From an uncultured delta proteobacterium (GTDB taxonomy: Bacteria; Myxococcota_A; Polyangia; Fen-1088), in contig CAVWIP010000011.1 in the NCBI GenBank assembly GCA_963755125.1, positions 1 through 64,000 of the forward strand: a stretch of 64,000 bases of DNA. Reading direction: 5' to 3'. Both the position numbers and the translations under genes were made by a program. Positions 16,377 to 28,100 of this stretch are shown piece after piece. The notes under the pieces are model-generated. The model did no database searches and was not told the origin of the DNA. It saw only the letters and a program-made list of their open reading frames with translations. Within the stretch, counting starts at the first letter, position 1. Each line of letters opens with the position of its first letter.

Positions 16377-19139
16377 TCAGTTGCACGTGGCCGCCGTGGC
16401 GCACGGAACCCACGTGCCCACGGTGGCTGTCACGCTCGCGCTGCCGTCCGTCAGCCCACTCGCAGACGCCGTCACCGTGATGGTGCCCGCGCCAGTCGCC
16501 TGGACAATCGCATAGGCCACCCCTTTGTAGGCGTTGCGAGTCCATGGCGGTCCGCGGAACGTCTCCATGCCCATGCTGCCGCTGTCCACCGCGATGATCG
16601 TGCCTGGCCCGCTGATGGTGAAGGTTATCGGCGTGCCATCAGCGCCGGTGATAGCCGCCTGGAAGAAGACGGCGTCGTTGTTATCGGTGACCAGCGTCGA
16701 GTGATCCGCCGTGACAGTCACCTTGCCGGCCACTGCTCCCGAGTTGAATGTGGTCGTTGGCACGCCCCACTCCTTCTGCCAAGTGTTGCCGTCGGCGTTG
16801 ATGGCCCCCATCTCGTCCATGAGTGCCCCGGTGCCTCCGACCACAGTAGTTTGGCCATTCACCTCGCCCAGGTAGTCCACGCCCGTCCAGATGAACTCAC
16901 CCGTCAGCCCCGGCGTGCCCATGACCGTGGTCCACGTCGACGTTTCATGGCCCTCCTCGGTCATTACGCCGGATTTCGTACTAACTTTCGGTAACATACT
17001 GACGCAGGTGGCGACGTCGTAATTGGTGCCCCAGACGTCGAGCAGAGTATCCGTTGCTCCAGTCGTGTCGCCCGACGTGGCAGGGTCAAGCAGAGCCTGG
17101 GTGATGCTGTGCCCGGGGTCGAGCGAGTGAGCGATATTTCTCATCTCGGTCAGAATGGGAGTTCGCGTCCCAATCGAATCGTGGATTTCGTTGCCCATGC
17201 TGTAGATGGCGATGCTGGGGTGGTTGCGATCCCGCATGATGTAGCCGGTGAAATCGACCTCCCACCACTTCGTACCCGTGGCGGCTGCCGGCAACGCAGG
17301 CATTCCTGTCGGCTTCGTCGAGGGCTGATTGAAGTACAGTGCGTAGTCGCCAACATCTTGGTACTTGTGCTCGGTCCACACGTCGGCGAACTCGTCGAGC
17401 ACCAACATTCCCATCCGATCCGCCAGATCGAGGAAGTCCGGGCTGGGCGGGTCGTGGGCCGTGCGCCAGGCGTTCGCCCCGATGGTCTTGATCTGCGCGA
17501 TTCGCCTCTGGACTGCCCGTGCCGGCGCGGCCAGCCCGAGCCCGTGATAATCTTGATGGTTAGCCACGCCTTGCAGCTTGATGCTCTTGCCATTCAGAGT
17601 CAGGCCGTTGTTGTACACCAGGCTCCGGATCCCGAACGGCGTCACATCGTCATCCACCGTGGTCCCGCCGACCTGCACATTGGTCAACAGCGAGTACATG
17701 TTCGGAGTCGTCAGATCCCATAGCTGGGGGTTCGCCACGGTCACATTGAAGGTGAAGCTGGCCGATGCACCTCCTGCGATGGTCTGGGCAGCCGTCGAAA
17801 CCGGCGCGAGTGCCGTGCCGTCCGGGCCGCTGACGATACCTTGTACCGTCACGCTCTGAGACGTCGTGCCGCTATTGAGCACCGAGGTCTGCACCTGCAC
17901 GACCGCCGAGGCAGTTGTGATTGTGGCCGGAGGCACCTGCACGTATGTCGCCCACTGGTCGATGTGAACAGGATTGGTCGCCAGCAGACGAACGTGCCGG
18001 TAGATGCCTGCGCCAGCGTAGAAGCGCTCGGCGGGCTGAATTGATGTGTCGCACTTTACCGCAATTACGTTGTCGGTGGTCCCGTCAGCTTTGACATTCG
18101 CGGTGATGTCGTAGCGGAAGGTCACGTAGCCGTAGGGATGGTTCCCGATTTGCGTGCCATTGACGTAGACGGTGCTGTTCCCCATCACGCCGTCGAACTC
18201 AATGTAGATTTGGTCCCCCGAGAGGGTCTGCGGAAGCGTGAAGTGCTTGCGGTACCAGGCGATTCCCGAAGCCACCCATGCGCCTCGGCCCGTGGTCGCG
18301 GCGGTTGCCGAGAACGGATTGGCGGGAGGGTTGGTTCCCTCGATGGCCCAGTCGTGTGGGACGCTCAAAGAGCGCCACGAGCCGTCGGCGAACGTCGCGC
18401 CGTTCGCTCCGGTCGCGTCGCCGTTGTGATACAGCCAGCTCGCGTCGAAGGGAATGATCCCTCGCACCCGATTCCCGGACGGCACAACAACACTCGATCC
18501 GCCTGCCCCAGTGGTTCCGCCAGAGGCAGTCGCGCCGCCGGGGGCTGTTGCGCCGCCAGAGGCGGTCGCACCGCCAGGGCTGGTGTTCCCGCCGGAAATG
18601 GTCGTGCCGGCCGTGGCGGTCGCGCCCCCGGGGCTGGTGTTCCCGCCGGAAATGGTCGTGCCGGCCGTGGCGGTCGCGCCCCCGGGGCTGGTGTTCCCGC
18701 CGGAAATGGTCGTGCCGGCCGTGGCGGTCGCGCCCCCGGGGCTGGTGTTCCCGCCGGAAATGGTTGTGCCGGCCGTGGCGGTCGCGCCCCCGGGGCTGGT
18801 GTTCCCGCCGGAAATGGTCGTGCCGGCCGTGGCGGTCGCGCCCCCGGGGCTGGTGTTCCCGCCGGAAATGGTTGTGCCGGCCGTGGCGGTCGCGCCCCCG
18901 GGGCTGGTGTTCCCGCCGGAAATGGTCGTGCCGGCCGTGGCGGTCGCGCCCCCGGGGCTGGTGTTCCCGCCGATGCTGGTTGAGCCAGAGCTGGTGGTGC
19001 CAGCGCCGCCCCCTGCACCTCCCTTGATCATTGAGCCTCCGGAACTCTGCGTACCGCTGCTGCTATTGCTTGAGCAAGCGGAAACGACAACCGTCGCTGA
19101 GAGGAAGAAGACTGTCGATAGCGCGCTCTTGCTGTTCAT
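16377..19139 (-). CDS. Glycoside hydrolase family 2 (beta-galactosidase-like) lipoprotein with Gly/Thr-rich repeat linker
   Basis: Lipobox VSAC; VPHDW, WYRKHF, EFDGVM, AGIYRHV, RTAHDPP, RDRNHPSI..GNE (acid/base Glu). Confidence 0.92.
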   Translation of the reverse strand: MNSKSALSTVFFLSATVVVSACSSNSSSGTQSSGGSMIKGGAGGGAGTTSSGSTSIGGNTSPGGATATAGTTISGGNTSPGGATATAGTTISGGNTSPGGATATAGTTISGGNTSPGGATATAGTTISGGNTSPGGATATAGTTISGGNTSPGGATATAGTTISGGNTSPGGATATAGTTISGGNTSPGGATASGGATAPGGATASGGTTGAGGSSVVVPSGNRVRGIIPFDASWLYHNGDATGANGATFADGSWRSLSVPHDWAIEGTNPPANPFSATAATTGRGAWVASGIAWYRKHFTLPQTLSGDQIYIEFDGVMGNSTVYVNGTQIGNHPYGYVTFRYDITANVKADGTTDNVIAVKCDTSIQPAERFYAGAGIYRHVRLLATNPVHIDQWATYVQVPPATITTASAVVQVQTSVLNSGTTSQSVTVQGIVSGPDGTALAPVSTAAQTIAGGASASFTFNVTVANPQLWDLTTPNMYSLLTNVQVGGTTVDDDVTPFGIRSLVYNNGLTLNGKSIKLQGVANHQDYHGLGLAAPARAVQRRIAQIKTIGANAWRTAHDPPSPDFLDLADRMGMLVLDEFADVWTEHKYQDVGDYALYFNQPSTKPTGMPALPAAATGTKWWEVDFTGYIMRDRNHPSIAIYSMGNEIHDSIGTRTPILTEMRNIAHSLDPGHSITQALLDPATSGDTTGATDTLLDVWGTNYDVATCVSMLPKVSTKSGVMTEEGHETSTWTTVMGTPGLTGEFIWTGVDYLGEVNGQTTVVGGTGALMDEMGAINADGNTWQKEWGVPTTTFNSGAVAGKVTVTADHSTLVTDNNDAVFFQAAITGADGTPITFTISGPGTIIAVDSGSMGMETFRGPPWTRNAYKGVAYAIVQATGAGTITVTASASGLTDGSASVTATVGTWVPCATAATCN
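18561..18972 (-). repeat. 54-nt in-frame tandem repeat, 7 near-perfect copies plus a partial (GGATATAGTTISGGNTSP)
   Basis: Directly visible; copies differ only at a synonymous position. Confidence 0.95.
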
Positions 19140-19599
19140 GAGAGACTCCTTGCGATCGTTGAAGGGGCACCATCTGGGTGAAACAGGTCACCGCGAGTCA
19201 TGAGAATTTCGCTTTCTCTTGCGGGCAAGCAATCCAACCCGCGAAGTTCGTTGCAGAATCTGCTCTTGGGCTGGCCTCCACTCCGCGGCAAAGGAGTGGC
19301 CGCTGAAGTACCTTCTTCCATTGCAGTGGTCCGAATCTCCCCGACGGCTCACAGATCTCCTGAACAATGCTGCGCAATTATGTGAGCCAGCCGTCAGTCC
19401 TTCGACCCTCCCCTGTAGAATTCAGGAATTGCGTGCCCATATGGATCGGAGATGGGTGACTTAACAAAACTTTACCCCTCAGCCGCTATGAACTGCACAT
19501 GCGCGAGCTACCTCGCCGCCATCCGCAGACGATCGCACACACCGTCGCTGGTCGGTCCCGCGCGACTGACCAGCGTCTTTCTCAACTACCTGCGTGCCG

Positions 19600-22149
19600 T
19601 CATTGAGCTTCCAGACGCAGGTAGTCCCATTCCAGGGCGCCGCCGGAGCTCTTGATAACGAGCGTGTTCGCGCCGGCCTTGAGGGCACTGGCGGCAAACG
19701 TGATCTGCCCGTCCCAGAAGTACCCGTGACTGCCAAGCCGGGTGACCGCATCGCTCGTATTCTGCGGCGACAGGGTCCCCACCGCCGTACCGTTGACGGT
19801 TACCGTCAGGCTGCCTCCTGAATTCGCAGCCAGGGCCACGTACAACCGCGCCTGGCCGGTCGGGGCGGCGGCCATGGTGAAGTTCACCGTCCAAGGCGAG
19901 GTATCCATATCGGAGTAGTTCCAGACCTTGGAGTAGTCCGTGCCCGCCGTGTAGGTCACACCGTTGCCGAAGTTGGCCGCATAGGTCTCGTAGGATGTCG
20001 CCCAATTCGTGTAGTTGATGGCGCCATTGAGAAACTCATGCGAGTCGCGGTCCGGGACGCCGATCTCCCACACGGTCGCTGCCGTGCGCGGCGGCGTGAT
20101 GGTCACGGTGCCGAGACTCTGCGTCTGTCCGGCTGTGACGGTGATGCTGGCGGTCGGTTTCGTGAACGGGGTCAAGATGCTCGAGTTGGGGATCTTTCCC
20201 GTAGCCGTCGTGAAAGTACCCGCAGCACCGCGCCCGAACGCCCAAAGGGCGTACGTGCCAGGAATGACGTGGGGAATGGTGAACGACCCATCACAGCCCG
20301 TCCTGACCCAGTACTGGTAGGTGAAGTACTGGGCTTGCGGATCCAGACCATCGTCGGGAGCCAAGCCGATCCACATGTCCCCGGCCGACGCGTTGGGCGC
20401 TCCCGTATCGGCGATGGTCAGCGTGCCGGTCACTGTTCCACGTCCGCTCTCCTGCACGTAATTGCCATCGCCCCCGGTGGGATTCACGAACCAGGTGTAA
20501 GGCCACGCGGCTTGCTCGGCCTGGGCCTGGGCAATGGCATCCGCGAACAACACGGTGCCGGCATTGGCAGTCCCCGCCGGAACACTGTTGTTGTAGTAGA
20601 AGAACGGACCGTACACCTTGCTCAGCTCCGTTCCCGCCGCGATCGTCTCGGCGTTCTCGGCGCCCTCGTAGTGGCTGCCGCCGAGCATGTTCAGCAGGTC
20701 CGGACCGTTCAGCATGCTGCCCATGAGCTCGCGTTTCTTGGGGCCGCCGTTGTAGTATTCCTTGCTGCCAAGGGCGAGGTACATTCCGATGTTCTTCGTG
20801 CTGGAGCTCCATCCCCAGGCATCCGTGTCGCCGAAGTCGGCCGTCCAGCTGTACTTGCAAACGTACACTCCTCCGTTGGGCGCCTGCTCTACTTCCTTGG
20901 GGGCGCCGGTGACGGCGCTACCGTTTGCCCAGTCGGCCTCGGTGGTGTCCAACCAACCTGTGGGCCCGCCTGCGCTGTTGCCTCCGTCACGCAAGGCATC
21001 GAGGCTGTTCCAGTCGAAGATGGTCCCATTGTAGACGTTGGAGCGCCACTCGCCGCCGTTGGTTGCGGCGTTTGCCGCGGGGTGCGTGAGAATGCCGGTG
21101 GCGTAGAAACCGGAGCTTCCCTGAAGAAGCGCGTAGTCGATGTCCACGTCCAGGTTGTTCGTGCTGCCTGTCGTGTGAATACGGACCTCCGCTTGTTTTC
21201 CGCCATTGGTCGCGGGATCCGAAGTCAGCGTACACGTGCCGTTGCCTGCCTCAAGCTCCCAGTAGACTTGCCCGCCCGAGTCTCCTCCGGCGAGTAGGTC
21301 CGTTCCGTTATACGTCCAGGTCTTGATGGTCCCGCTCGCACAGGTGATGACGATGTGTTCGATTCCGTTGTCCAGTGTGTAGCTGCCGTTGCCTGCGGTC
21401 GCCGTGACGGCTTTTCCGCCTGGCGTGATCGCCCCCGCAACGTGCGCGGTGGTAGGCGGGCAGGCCGTCAGGTACATCCCGGGGTAGTCCGTACCTTGCG
21501 CCACGAGAGAACAGGCTGCCGCGGTGCCGGCCGGCATACAACCTCCTGGGCTCCCGCTGGCGCCGGAGCTGCCGCCGGACACGGTCGCGCCGCCGGATGT
21601 GGTGGCGCCGCCGACGGTGGTTACGCCGCCGGATGTGGTGGCGCCGCCGACGGTGGTTACGCCGCCGGATGTGGTCGCACCGCCGACGGTGGTTACGCCG
21701 CCGGATGTGGTCGCACCGCCGACGGTAGTTACGCCGCCGGATGTGGTCGCGCCGCCGACGGAGTTCGTGGAACCGCCGGATCTCGTGGAACCGCCGGGGC
21801 TCGTGGAACCGCCGGGGCTCGTGGAGCCGCCGGGGCTCGTGGAACCGCCGGGGCTCGTGGAACCGCCGGGGCTCGTGGAGCCGCCGGGGCTCGTGTTCCC
21901 ACCGCCAGTCAATGATTGCCCGCCGCTGAGGGATGTCCCTCCCGAAGCCGAGGTAGTGCCTCCGCTTGGTGTGGAGCTCCCGCCGGGGGCAGCGGTGGAG
22001 CCACCCTTCGCCTGCCCGCCGCCGGCTGTCGAGGTGGAACCCGGACCGGACGAGCTACAACCTTGAAGCAAGATGATGGCGCCACCAAGGAGCAGAGCCA
22101 CGGATTCTCGAGCTAGAGCTTCTGTCACATTCCGCGTGTCGTTTCGCAT
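19600..22149 (-). CDS. Rhamnogalacturonan lyase (polysaccharide lyase family 4) lipoprotein with repeat linker
   Basis: Lipobox LQGC; SGFY, CKYSW, EYYNGGP.KREL, YGPF, WPY.W, YQYW, WEIGVPDR, DYLRLE are typical PL4 motifs; GGAGG RBS. Confidence 0.85.
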   Translation of the reverse strand: MRNDTRNVTEALARESVALLLGGAIILLQGCSSSGPGSTSTAGGGQAKGGSTAAPGGSSTPSGGTTSASGGTSLSGGQSLTGGGNTSPGGSTSPGGSTSPGGSTSPGGSTSPGGSTSPGGSTRSGGSTNSVGGATTSGGVTTVGGATTSGGVTTVGGATTSGGVTTVGGATTSGGVTTVGGATTSGGATVSGGSSGASGSPGGCMPAGTAAACSLVAQGTDYPGMYLTACPPTTAHVAGAITPGGKAVTATAGNGSYTLDNGIEHIVITCASGTIKTWTYNGTDLLAGGDSGGQVYWELEAGNGTCTLTSDPATNGGKQAEVRIHTTGSTNNLDVDIDYALLQGSSGFYATGILTHPAANAATNGGEWRSNVYNGTIFDWNSLDALRDGGNSAGGPTGWLDTTEADWANGSAVTGAPKEVEQAPNGGVYVCKYSWTADFGDTDAWGWSSSTKNIGMYLALGSKEYYNGGPKKRELMGSMLNGPDLLNMLGGSHYEGAENAETIAAGTELSKVYGPFFYYNNSVPAGTANAGTVLFADAIAQAQAEQAAWPYTWFVNPTGGDGNYVQESGRGTVTGTLTIADTGAPNASAGDMWIGLAPDDGLDPQAQYFTYQYWVRTGCDGSFTIPHVIPGTYALWAFGRGAAGTFTTATGKIPNSSILTPFTKPTASITVTAGQTQSLGTVTITPPRTAATVWEIGVPDRDSHEFLNGAINYTNWATSYETYAANFGNGVTYTAGTDYSKVWNYSDMDTSPWTVNFTMAAAPTGQARLYVALAANSGGSLTVTVNGTAVGTLSPQNTSDAVTRLGSHGYFWDGQITFAASALKAGANTLVIKSSGGALEWDYLRLEAQ
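21589..21905 (-). repeat. In-frame tandem repeats: 36-nt (VTTVGGATTSGG) x4-5 and 18-nt (STSPGG) x6-7
   Basis: Directly visible in the sequence. Confidence 0.9.
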
Positions 22150-22457
22150 CACATCCTCCACGGCGCAATTCCTGCGCATTTCTACAAAAGACCCCGCTGA
22201 TCGATCACTTCAGCAGTGAGGTGACGAAGATAGATGGATCACACAATCGCACAACATTTCCGGTCAGCCTAACTTCACTCAAGAACCATAGTCGAGCCTC
22301 GTGCCATTCCATCTGCACGGCATCCTGATTCCCCCGTTTCCCCCAATTTGGCGTAATCTCTGCCCTATACGTCGCAAACAGGAGCAGGGTTGCATTCATC
22401 CGGCAAGAGAGTGCATTATTGTTTTCCGAAATAGCAGGCCCCATCTTTAAGAAGCCG

Positions 22458-23636
22458 ATGTACAGGAATTGGGTTCTCACCTGGATCATCCCCGCACTGC
22501 TCGCCAGCGCCTGCATGGATCTTGACGCGCTCCAGCCGCCGGTCACCTGGAGAGACGGGGATAGATCCAGTGACAACCCCGACGCATCCAGTGACACCGC
22601 CGGTGGGTCCGCATCGATACCATCCCCCGATGCCAACAGCCCCCAGGACACGGTCACGGGTGGCGGTGCCACCCGTCCCGACGGGTCAACCGGATTGCTC
22701 CTGGATGGAAGCTCGCCGCCCAATCCCACGGTGGTGGTTCTTCCGGACACCCAGTTCTACGCGGCGGCCTATCCCGACATCTTCGCTGCCCAGACCAAAT
22801 GGATCGCCGACAATCGCGACTCGGCCAACCTAGTGGCAGTGCTGCACGAGGGGGACTTGGTCGATGATCCCAGCAGCGTGGACCAGTGGCAGGTCGCGTC
22901 GGACGCCTTCGCCACACTTGATGGAGTGATTCCCTATCTGGTTCTGGCAGGCAACCACGACGAGGATCTTGCGCGGCAGGGCTACATGGACCAGTACTTC
23001 CCTGCCTCGCGCTCTGACCAATATCCCTGGTTCGGTGGCACCTTCGAGCCCAACAAGACCGAGAATAGCTTCGCCATCGTCCCCATTGGCGGCACACCCT
23101 GGCTATTGCTGGCGTTGGAATTCGGCCCGCGCAACGCGGTGGTGAGTTGGGCCAACGAGGTGCTCAAAAACAACGCCGACAAGCCCGCTATCTTGGTCAC
23201 CCATGCCTACCTGTTCAACGATGGCACTCGCTACGATTACACAAAGACGCCGCCACAACCTTTCGATCCTCACGACTACAACTTCACGCCGCTGGCAGGC
23301 GTGAACGATGGCGAGCAGCTTTGGCAGAATCTGATTGTGGGCAACGAAAACGTGAAAGTGGTGTTGTCGGGACACTGCCTTGGCGCTCCGGCGGTGGCCA
23401 GGCTGACCAGCCCCCGCCCCAGCGGGTCGACGGTGCACCAGATTCTGGCGAACTATCAACAATGTGGCGATCTGTCCTGTCCCGAGATGCCCCAGATCAA
23501 GGGCGGCAACGGATATCTGCGCCTGCTGGAGTTCGACAAGGCGAACCAGGTCCTTCGCGTCCACACTTATTCGCCGTATCTCAACCAGTACGTCGAGCAA
23601 GACGACTCCGAAGACTTCGTGCTGCCCTTGCCATAG
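22458..23636 (+). CDS. Calcineurin-like metallophosphoesterase lipoprotein
   Basis: Lipobox ASAC; PDTQ, HEGD, GNHD, THAY, SGH motifs. Confidence 0.88.
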   Translation: MYRNWVLTWIIPALLASACMDLDALQPPVTWRDGDRSSDNPDASSDTAGGSASIPSPDANSPQDTVTGGGATRPDGSTGLLLDGSSPPNPTVVVLPDTQFYAAAYPDIFAAQTKWIADNRDSANLVAVLHEGDLVDDPSSVDQWQVASDAFATLDGVIPYLVLAGNHDEDLARQGYMDQYFPASRSDQYPWFGGTFEPNKTENSFAIVPIGGTPWLLLALEFGPRNAVVSWANEVLKNNADKPAILVTHAYLFNDGTRYDYTKTPPQPFDPHDYNFTPLAGVNDGEQLWQNLIVGNENVKVVLSGHCLGAPAVARLTSPRPSGSTVHQILANYQQCGDLSCPEMPQIKGGNGYLRLLEFDKANQVLRVHTYSPYLNQYVEQDDSEDFVLPLP

Positions 23637-23768
23637 AGCAGGGGTGGAAGACACCCGACGAAGCAGCGATGCCCTTGGGCAGTTGTGGCTCAAAACGTTG
23701 CGTGGAGGCGGCCAAAGAAGATCGAGACCGGCCCGCGATCGGCGTTGTAACCAGGAGATTGTGCAGAG

Positions 23769-24122
23769 CTACTCGTTTGAGCGCTTTCGGCTATTGCCCC
23801 TGGCAACCTCGCTCATCGGAATGCCCAGCGCCTTGGCCACACCCTCGCCATAGGCGGGATCGGCTTTCAGGCAGTTGCCGATGTGGCGGAGCTTGATCTC
23901 ATTCGGGGCATCGCCCATGGCGCGGGCGGTGTTCTCGAACAGAACCTTCTGCTGCGCCGGGCTCATGGCCCGGAACAACGCGCGCGGCTGGGAGTAGTAG
24001 TCGTCATCGTCCGTGCGATGACTCCAGTAGTCGGCCGCGCCGTCGAGGGCAAGCGGCGGCTCGCGAAAGTCCGGCTGCTCCTGCCACTCACCGTAGCTGT
24101 TAGGCTGGTAGCCAAGCGTGCC
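23769..24122 (-). pseudogene. katA: 3' remnant of a monofunctional heme catalase
   Basis: [62 protein letters not shown]; about 117 codons only, with the heme-binding core missing. Confidence 0.88.
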
Positions 24123-24385
24123 GGTCGGGAAGCAACCCGCTCACGGTAAAGATGATCGTCGGGTACTCCTGGGAGAGAACAGAATCGCCCCTGCCACGCT
24201 CCGTGGGGTTGGTTGACGAGCCGGCCGCGCGCAAGAACGAAAGGCTTACAATGCGTGGGCTCAACCCGGACGCGGCATCCGACGATAGGTATAGGTAGGA
24301 TGGAACTTTCGGCAAACAGCGCGCGCGCCTGGCGTCATACTGGCGTGCCTTGCCTTGACGTCAGCCTTCCATCCGGAGGCAGTGG

Positions 24386-24982
24386 ATGCGCCCCATAGCA
24401 GGTGTGATCGCGGCGCTCATTCTGGCTCCTGTGGCTCTCTCCCAGGAACCGGGCAGCGCCGTTCCTTCCCTGCCAGGCCAGATCGCGGTCAGCAAGCCTA
24501 TGACGCCTGCCCAGAAGATCGCCACCCTGGAGGAAGCGTTGAACAAGGAAACCGACCGCCGGGCCGATCTCGACGCGAAGGTTGTGGCGCTTGCCCAGGA
24601 GAACAACAGGTTGGCCTCGGCCCGCGACGTCCTGGCACGGGACAAGGCCTCGACCGACACCGAGCTGGCCCGAACGCGCGACGCTATGGCGCTCCTCCAG
24701 CGCGACTTCGAGTCGCTGCGTGGCGACTACACCAGGATCGCCAAGAGCCTCCGCCTCTCTCTTGAAACCCTCGCGCCCCTCGCCTTGCTCATCTTCGCTC
24801 TGCTCGGCTGGCTGCTCTACATCACGCGCAGGCTGGCTGTCCACGTACACGACGTCCCCACCATGGCAAAGATGCACGAATACGAAACCCTTGTCGCCCA
24901 CTTGCACGACCAACTCAAGGCCGAGAAGGGCCACAACGCCGTGCTGAAGGATCGGCTGGCCCACCTCGGAATTGTGGATTGA
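24386..24982 (+). CDS. Hypothetical exported coiled-coil protein with a TM segment
   Basis: Signal peptide, heptad-rich body, hydrophobic segment; GGAGG RBS. Confidence 0.65.
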   Translation: MRPIAGVIAALILAPVALSQEPGSAVPSLPGQIAVSKPMTPAQKIATLEEALNKETDRRADLDAKVVALAQENNRLASARDVLARDKASTDTELARTRDAMALLQRDFESLRGDYTRIAKSLRLSLETLAPLALLIFALLGWLLYITRRLAVHVHDVPTMAKMHEYETLVAHLHDQLKAEKGHNAVLKDRLAHLGIVD

Positions 24983-25106
24983 CAGCGTGGGTCGTCTAAC
25001 GGCGTGGATCGCCGAGCCTCCCTGACTGTTCACCAGGGCTTCATTTCTTGGCCAACCATGCCGATGATGAGTACGCTTGAGACTGGGAAGCTGCGATGGA
25101 ACACAC

Positions 25107-28100
25107 ATGAAGCGCGACGCATCAGTGGCACGCGTGACGCTACGGATGCGCCCTGGGGTGCGTTCTTGGGTTCAGCTATCGGTGGTTTGCGTTCTGGTAT
25201 GGACCGCTGCTTGCAGTGCCGACGATCGGGCGACCGTGTGGTTACAAGAGGGACCGGCACCAGCGCCTGACAGTGGCCCCATCATAGTCCTGGCTGAACC
25301 GCGCACGACGGATGGTGGTATCTGTTCGTCCATGACCTGCAGCGCGGGCAGTACCCAGCGCTGCGGAGACATCGACAATTGCGGACAGACGTTGCATTGT
25401 GGCGACTGTCCTGCGGACCTGCAGTGCAACAAGCAGAATGTCTGCGTAGGGACCAACTGTGTTGCAGGGTGTACTTTTGCAGGCGGGGCGTATTGTGGAG
25501 TGATCGGTGACAACTGCGGCGGCACACTCGACTGCGGGGCCGTGTGTCCGCAGCCCGGCTGGACATGCGGGGCGGACCATATCTGCAAGGGCGATCCCAC
25601 CGTCTGCCAGGCAGACACCTGCGTCGCGACCTCGGGAGACCACTACTGCGGAACCATCGGAGATGGCTGCGGCAATACGCTCGACTGCGGGAATGACTGT
25701 CCCACTGGCTGGAGCTGCATCAACAACCTCTGCGTGGGTTCAGGGGTGTGCAATGCCGTGAACTGCGCGACGGACAGCGGAGACCACTACTGCGGAACGA
25801 TCGGCGACGGCTGCGGCGGGTCGCTCGATTGCGGAGACGACTGTCCCGCGGGATGGACCTGCGACGACCACGTGTGCAAGGCCACGCCGCCCATCTGCAC
25901 CTTGGCAAGCTGCACGTCTGGCAGCGGGGATTACTACTGCGGGACCATCGGCGATGGCTGCGGTGGGTCGCTCGATTGCGGGGCAGACTGTCCTGCAGGG
26001 TGGACTTGTGTGAATTCTGTGTGTGTCGGCGCACCGCCGACATGCGTGCCGGCCACCTGCGATGCGCCAGGTGGCGGACGGTACTGTGGCCAGGTCGGGG
26101 ACGGATGCGGAGGCACGTTGGACTGTCCGACGGATTGTCCGCAGCCCGGCTGGGTCTGTCAGGATAATTTGTGCATAGGGCCGCCGGACGTTTGCACGAA
26201 GATCACGTGTGTGACTACGACCGGAGATCACTACTGCGGCACCGTAGGGGACAATTGCGGTGGGTCGCTCGACTGTGGAAACGATTGTCCGGCAGGATGG
26301 ACCTGCGGACCCGACCAGATCTGCAAGGGAGGCGCGGGCGTCTGCACTCAACTGAGCTGCACCACCTTGAGCGGGGATCACTACTGCGGAACCGTGGGGG
26401 ACGGGTGCGGTGGCAGTCTGGCATGTAGCAACGACTGTCCCGCGGGGTGGACCTGTGGAACTGACAACATCTGCAAGGGCGGCACAGGGGTGTGTACCCC
26501 GGCAACGTGCGATGCACCGAACGGCGACCGCTACTGCGGGACCATCGGAGACCAGTGCGGCGGCACGCTCGACTGTGGAACGACCTGTCCCGAGCCCGGC
26601 TGGACGTGCAATAACAGCATTTGCCAGGGCGGCTCAATCTGCACGCCGCTGACCTGCGTGGCGTCGAGCGGAGACAACTACTGCGGCGCGATTGGGGACG
26701 GCTGCGGCGGGACGCTCGACTGCTCCGCCACCTGCCCCCAGACGGGCTGGGTGTGCGACAGCGGTCTGTGCAGGGCGGGCCCCACGGCCGACTGCGTGCC
26801 GAGAACCTGCACCACGGCGGATGGCGCTCAATACTGCGGCACCATCGGGGACGGCTGCGGCAACTCGCTGGACTGCGGCAGCACATGCGCAAAGACCGGA
26901 TGGGTCTGCCAGGACAACTTGTGCAAGGCAGGCCCCACGGCCAACTGCGTGCCGCTGGCGTGCACAACCGCCGGCAACGATCAGTACTGCGGGACCATCG
27001 GCGACGGCTGTGGCAACGCACTCGACTGCGGAACCACATGCGCCAACCCCGGCTGGACCTGCCAGAACAACCTGTGTATAGGACCACCCGGTGTCTGCAC
27101 GCCACTCACCTGCACGACGGGAAGTGGCGCCCAGTACTGCGGGACCATCGGCGACGGCTGCGGCAACTCGCTGGACTGCGGAACCACGTGCACCAACGCC
27201 GGCTGGACCTGCCAGAACAACCTGTGCAAGGGCGGCTCAACCTGCGTGCCAGTGACCTGCACTCCGGCCTCGGGTGGCCAGTACTGCGGGACCATCGGCG
27301 ACGGCTGCGGCAATTCGTTGGTGTGCAGCACGGATTGCTCGGCCGCCGGCAGCGGCTGGGCGTGTGGCAGCAGCAACGTGTGCATGGGCGGACCCAACTG
27401 CGTGCAAGTCACCTGCAACGACGCCAGTGGCGCGCAACAGTACTGCGGCAACATCGGGGACGGTTGCGGTGGGACGCTGAGTTGCCCGGCTACCTGCCCA
27501 GCGGGCATGACCTGTGGCGCAACCATGGCGAATGTCTGCGGAACCTGCGTCAACCTGTGCCAGAGCCAGGTCCACTGCGATGGTGGGGCCACCACCAGTA
27601 TCAGCGGTACGGTGTACGACCCTGCGGGGCTGAACCCGCTCTACAACGTCATCGTAGCCATACCAAATGCGGCGCTGGATCCGATCCCGGCTGGTGCGAG
27701 CTGCACCTCCTGCGACGCCCAGGTATCGGGCCAGCCCATTGCCACGGCGTTGACCGACTCCAACGGACACTTCATCCTCAACAATGTTCCGTGGGGTACT
27801 GATTTCCCTGTGGTCATGCAACTCGGCAAGTGGCGGCGCCAGGTTACCATTCCTGCGTCGATGGTCACCCACCAGTGTGCGGACAATCCCATCGTCGACA
27901 ACCCGCCGGACGCCGGCACACTGCTCGACAGGCTGTTGCGCTTGCCAAGGAACATCTACGACGGGGACAACAACGGCCAGTACACCAACATGCCCAAGAT
28001 CGCCATCACCACGGGCCAGATCGACGCCCTCGAGTGTTTGTTGACCCGAGCCGGCATCGACACCGCCGAATTCACAAATCCCGAAGGCACCGGGCACATC

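Noticed and set aside
18561..18972. Tandem repeats as a CRISPR array
   Set aside because: No unique spacers; the unit is a multiple of 3 and in frame within the GH2 linker.
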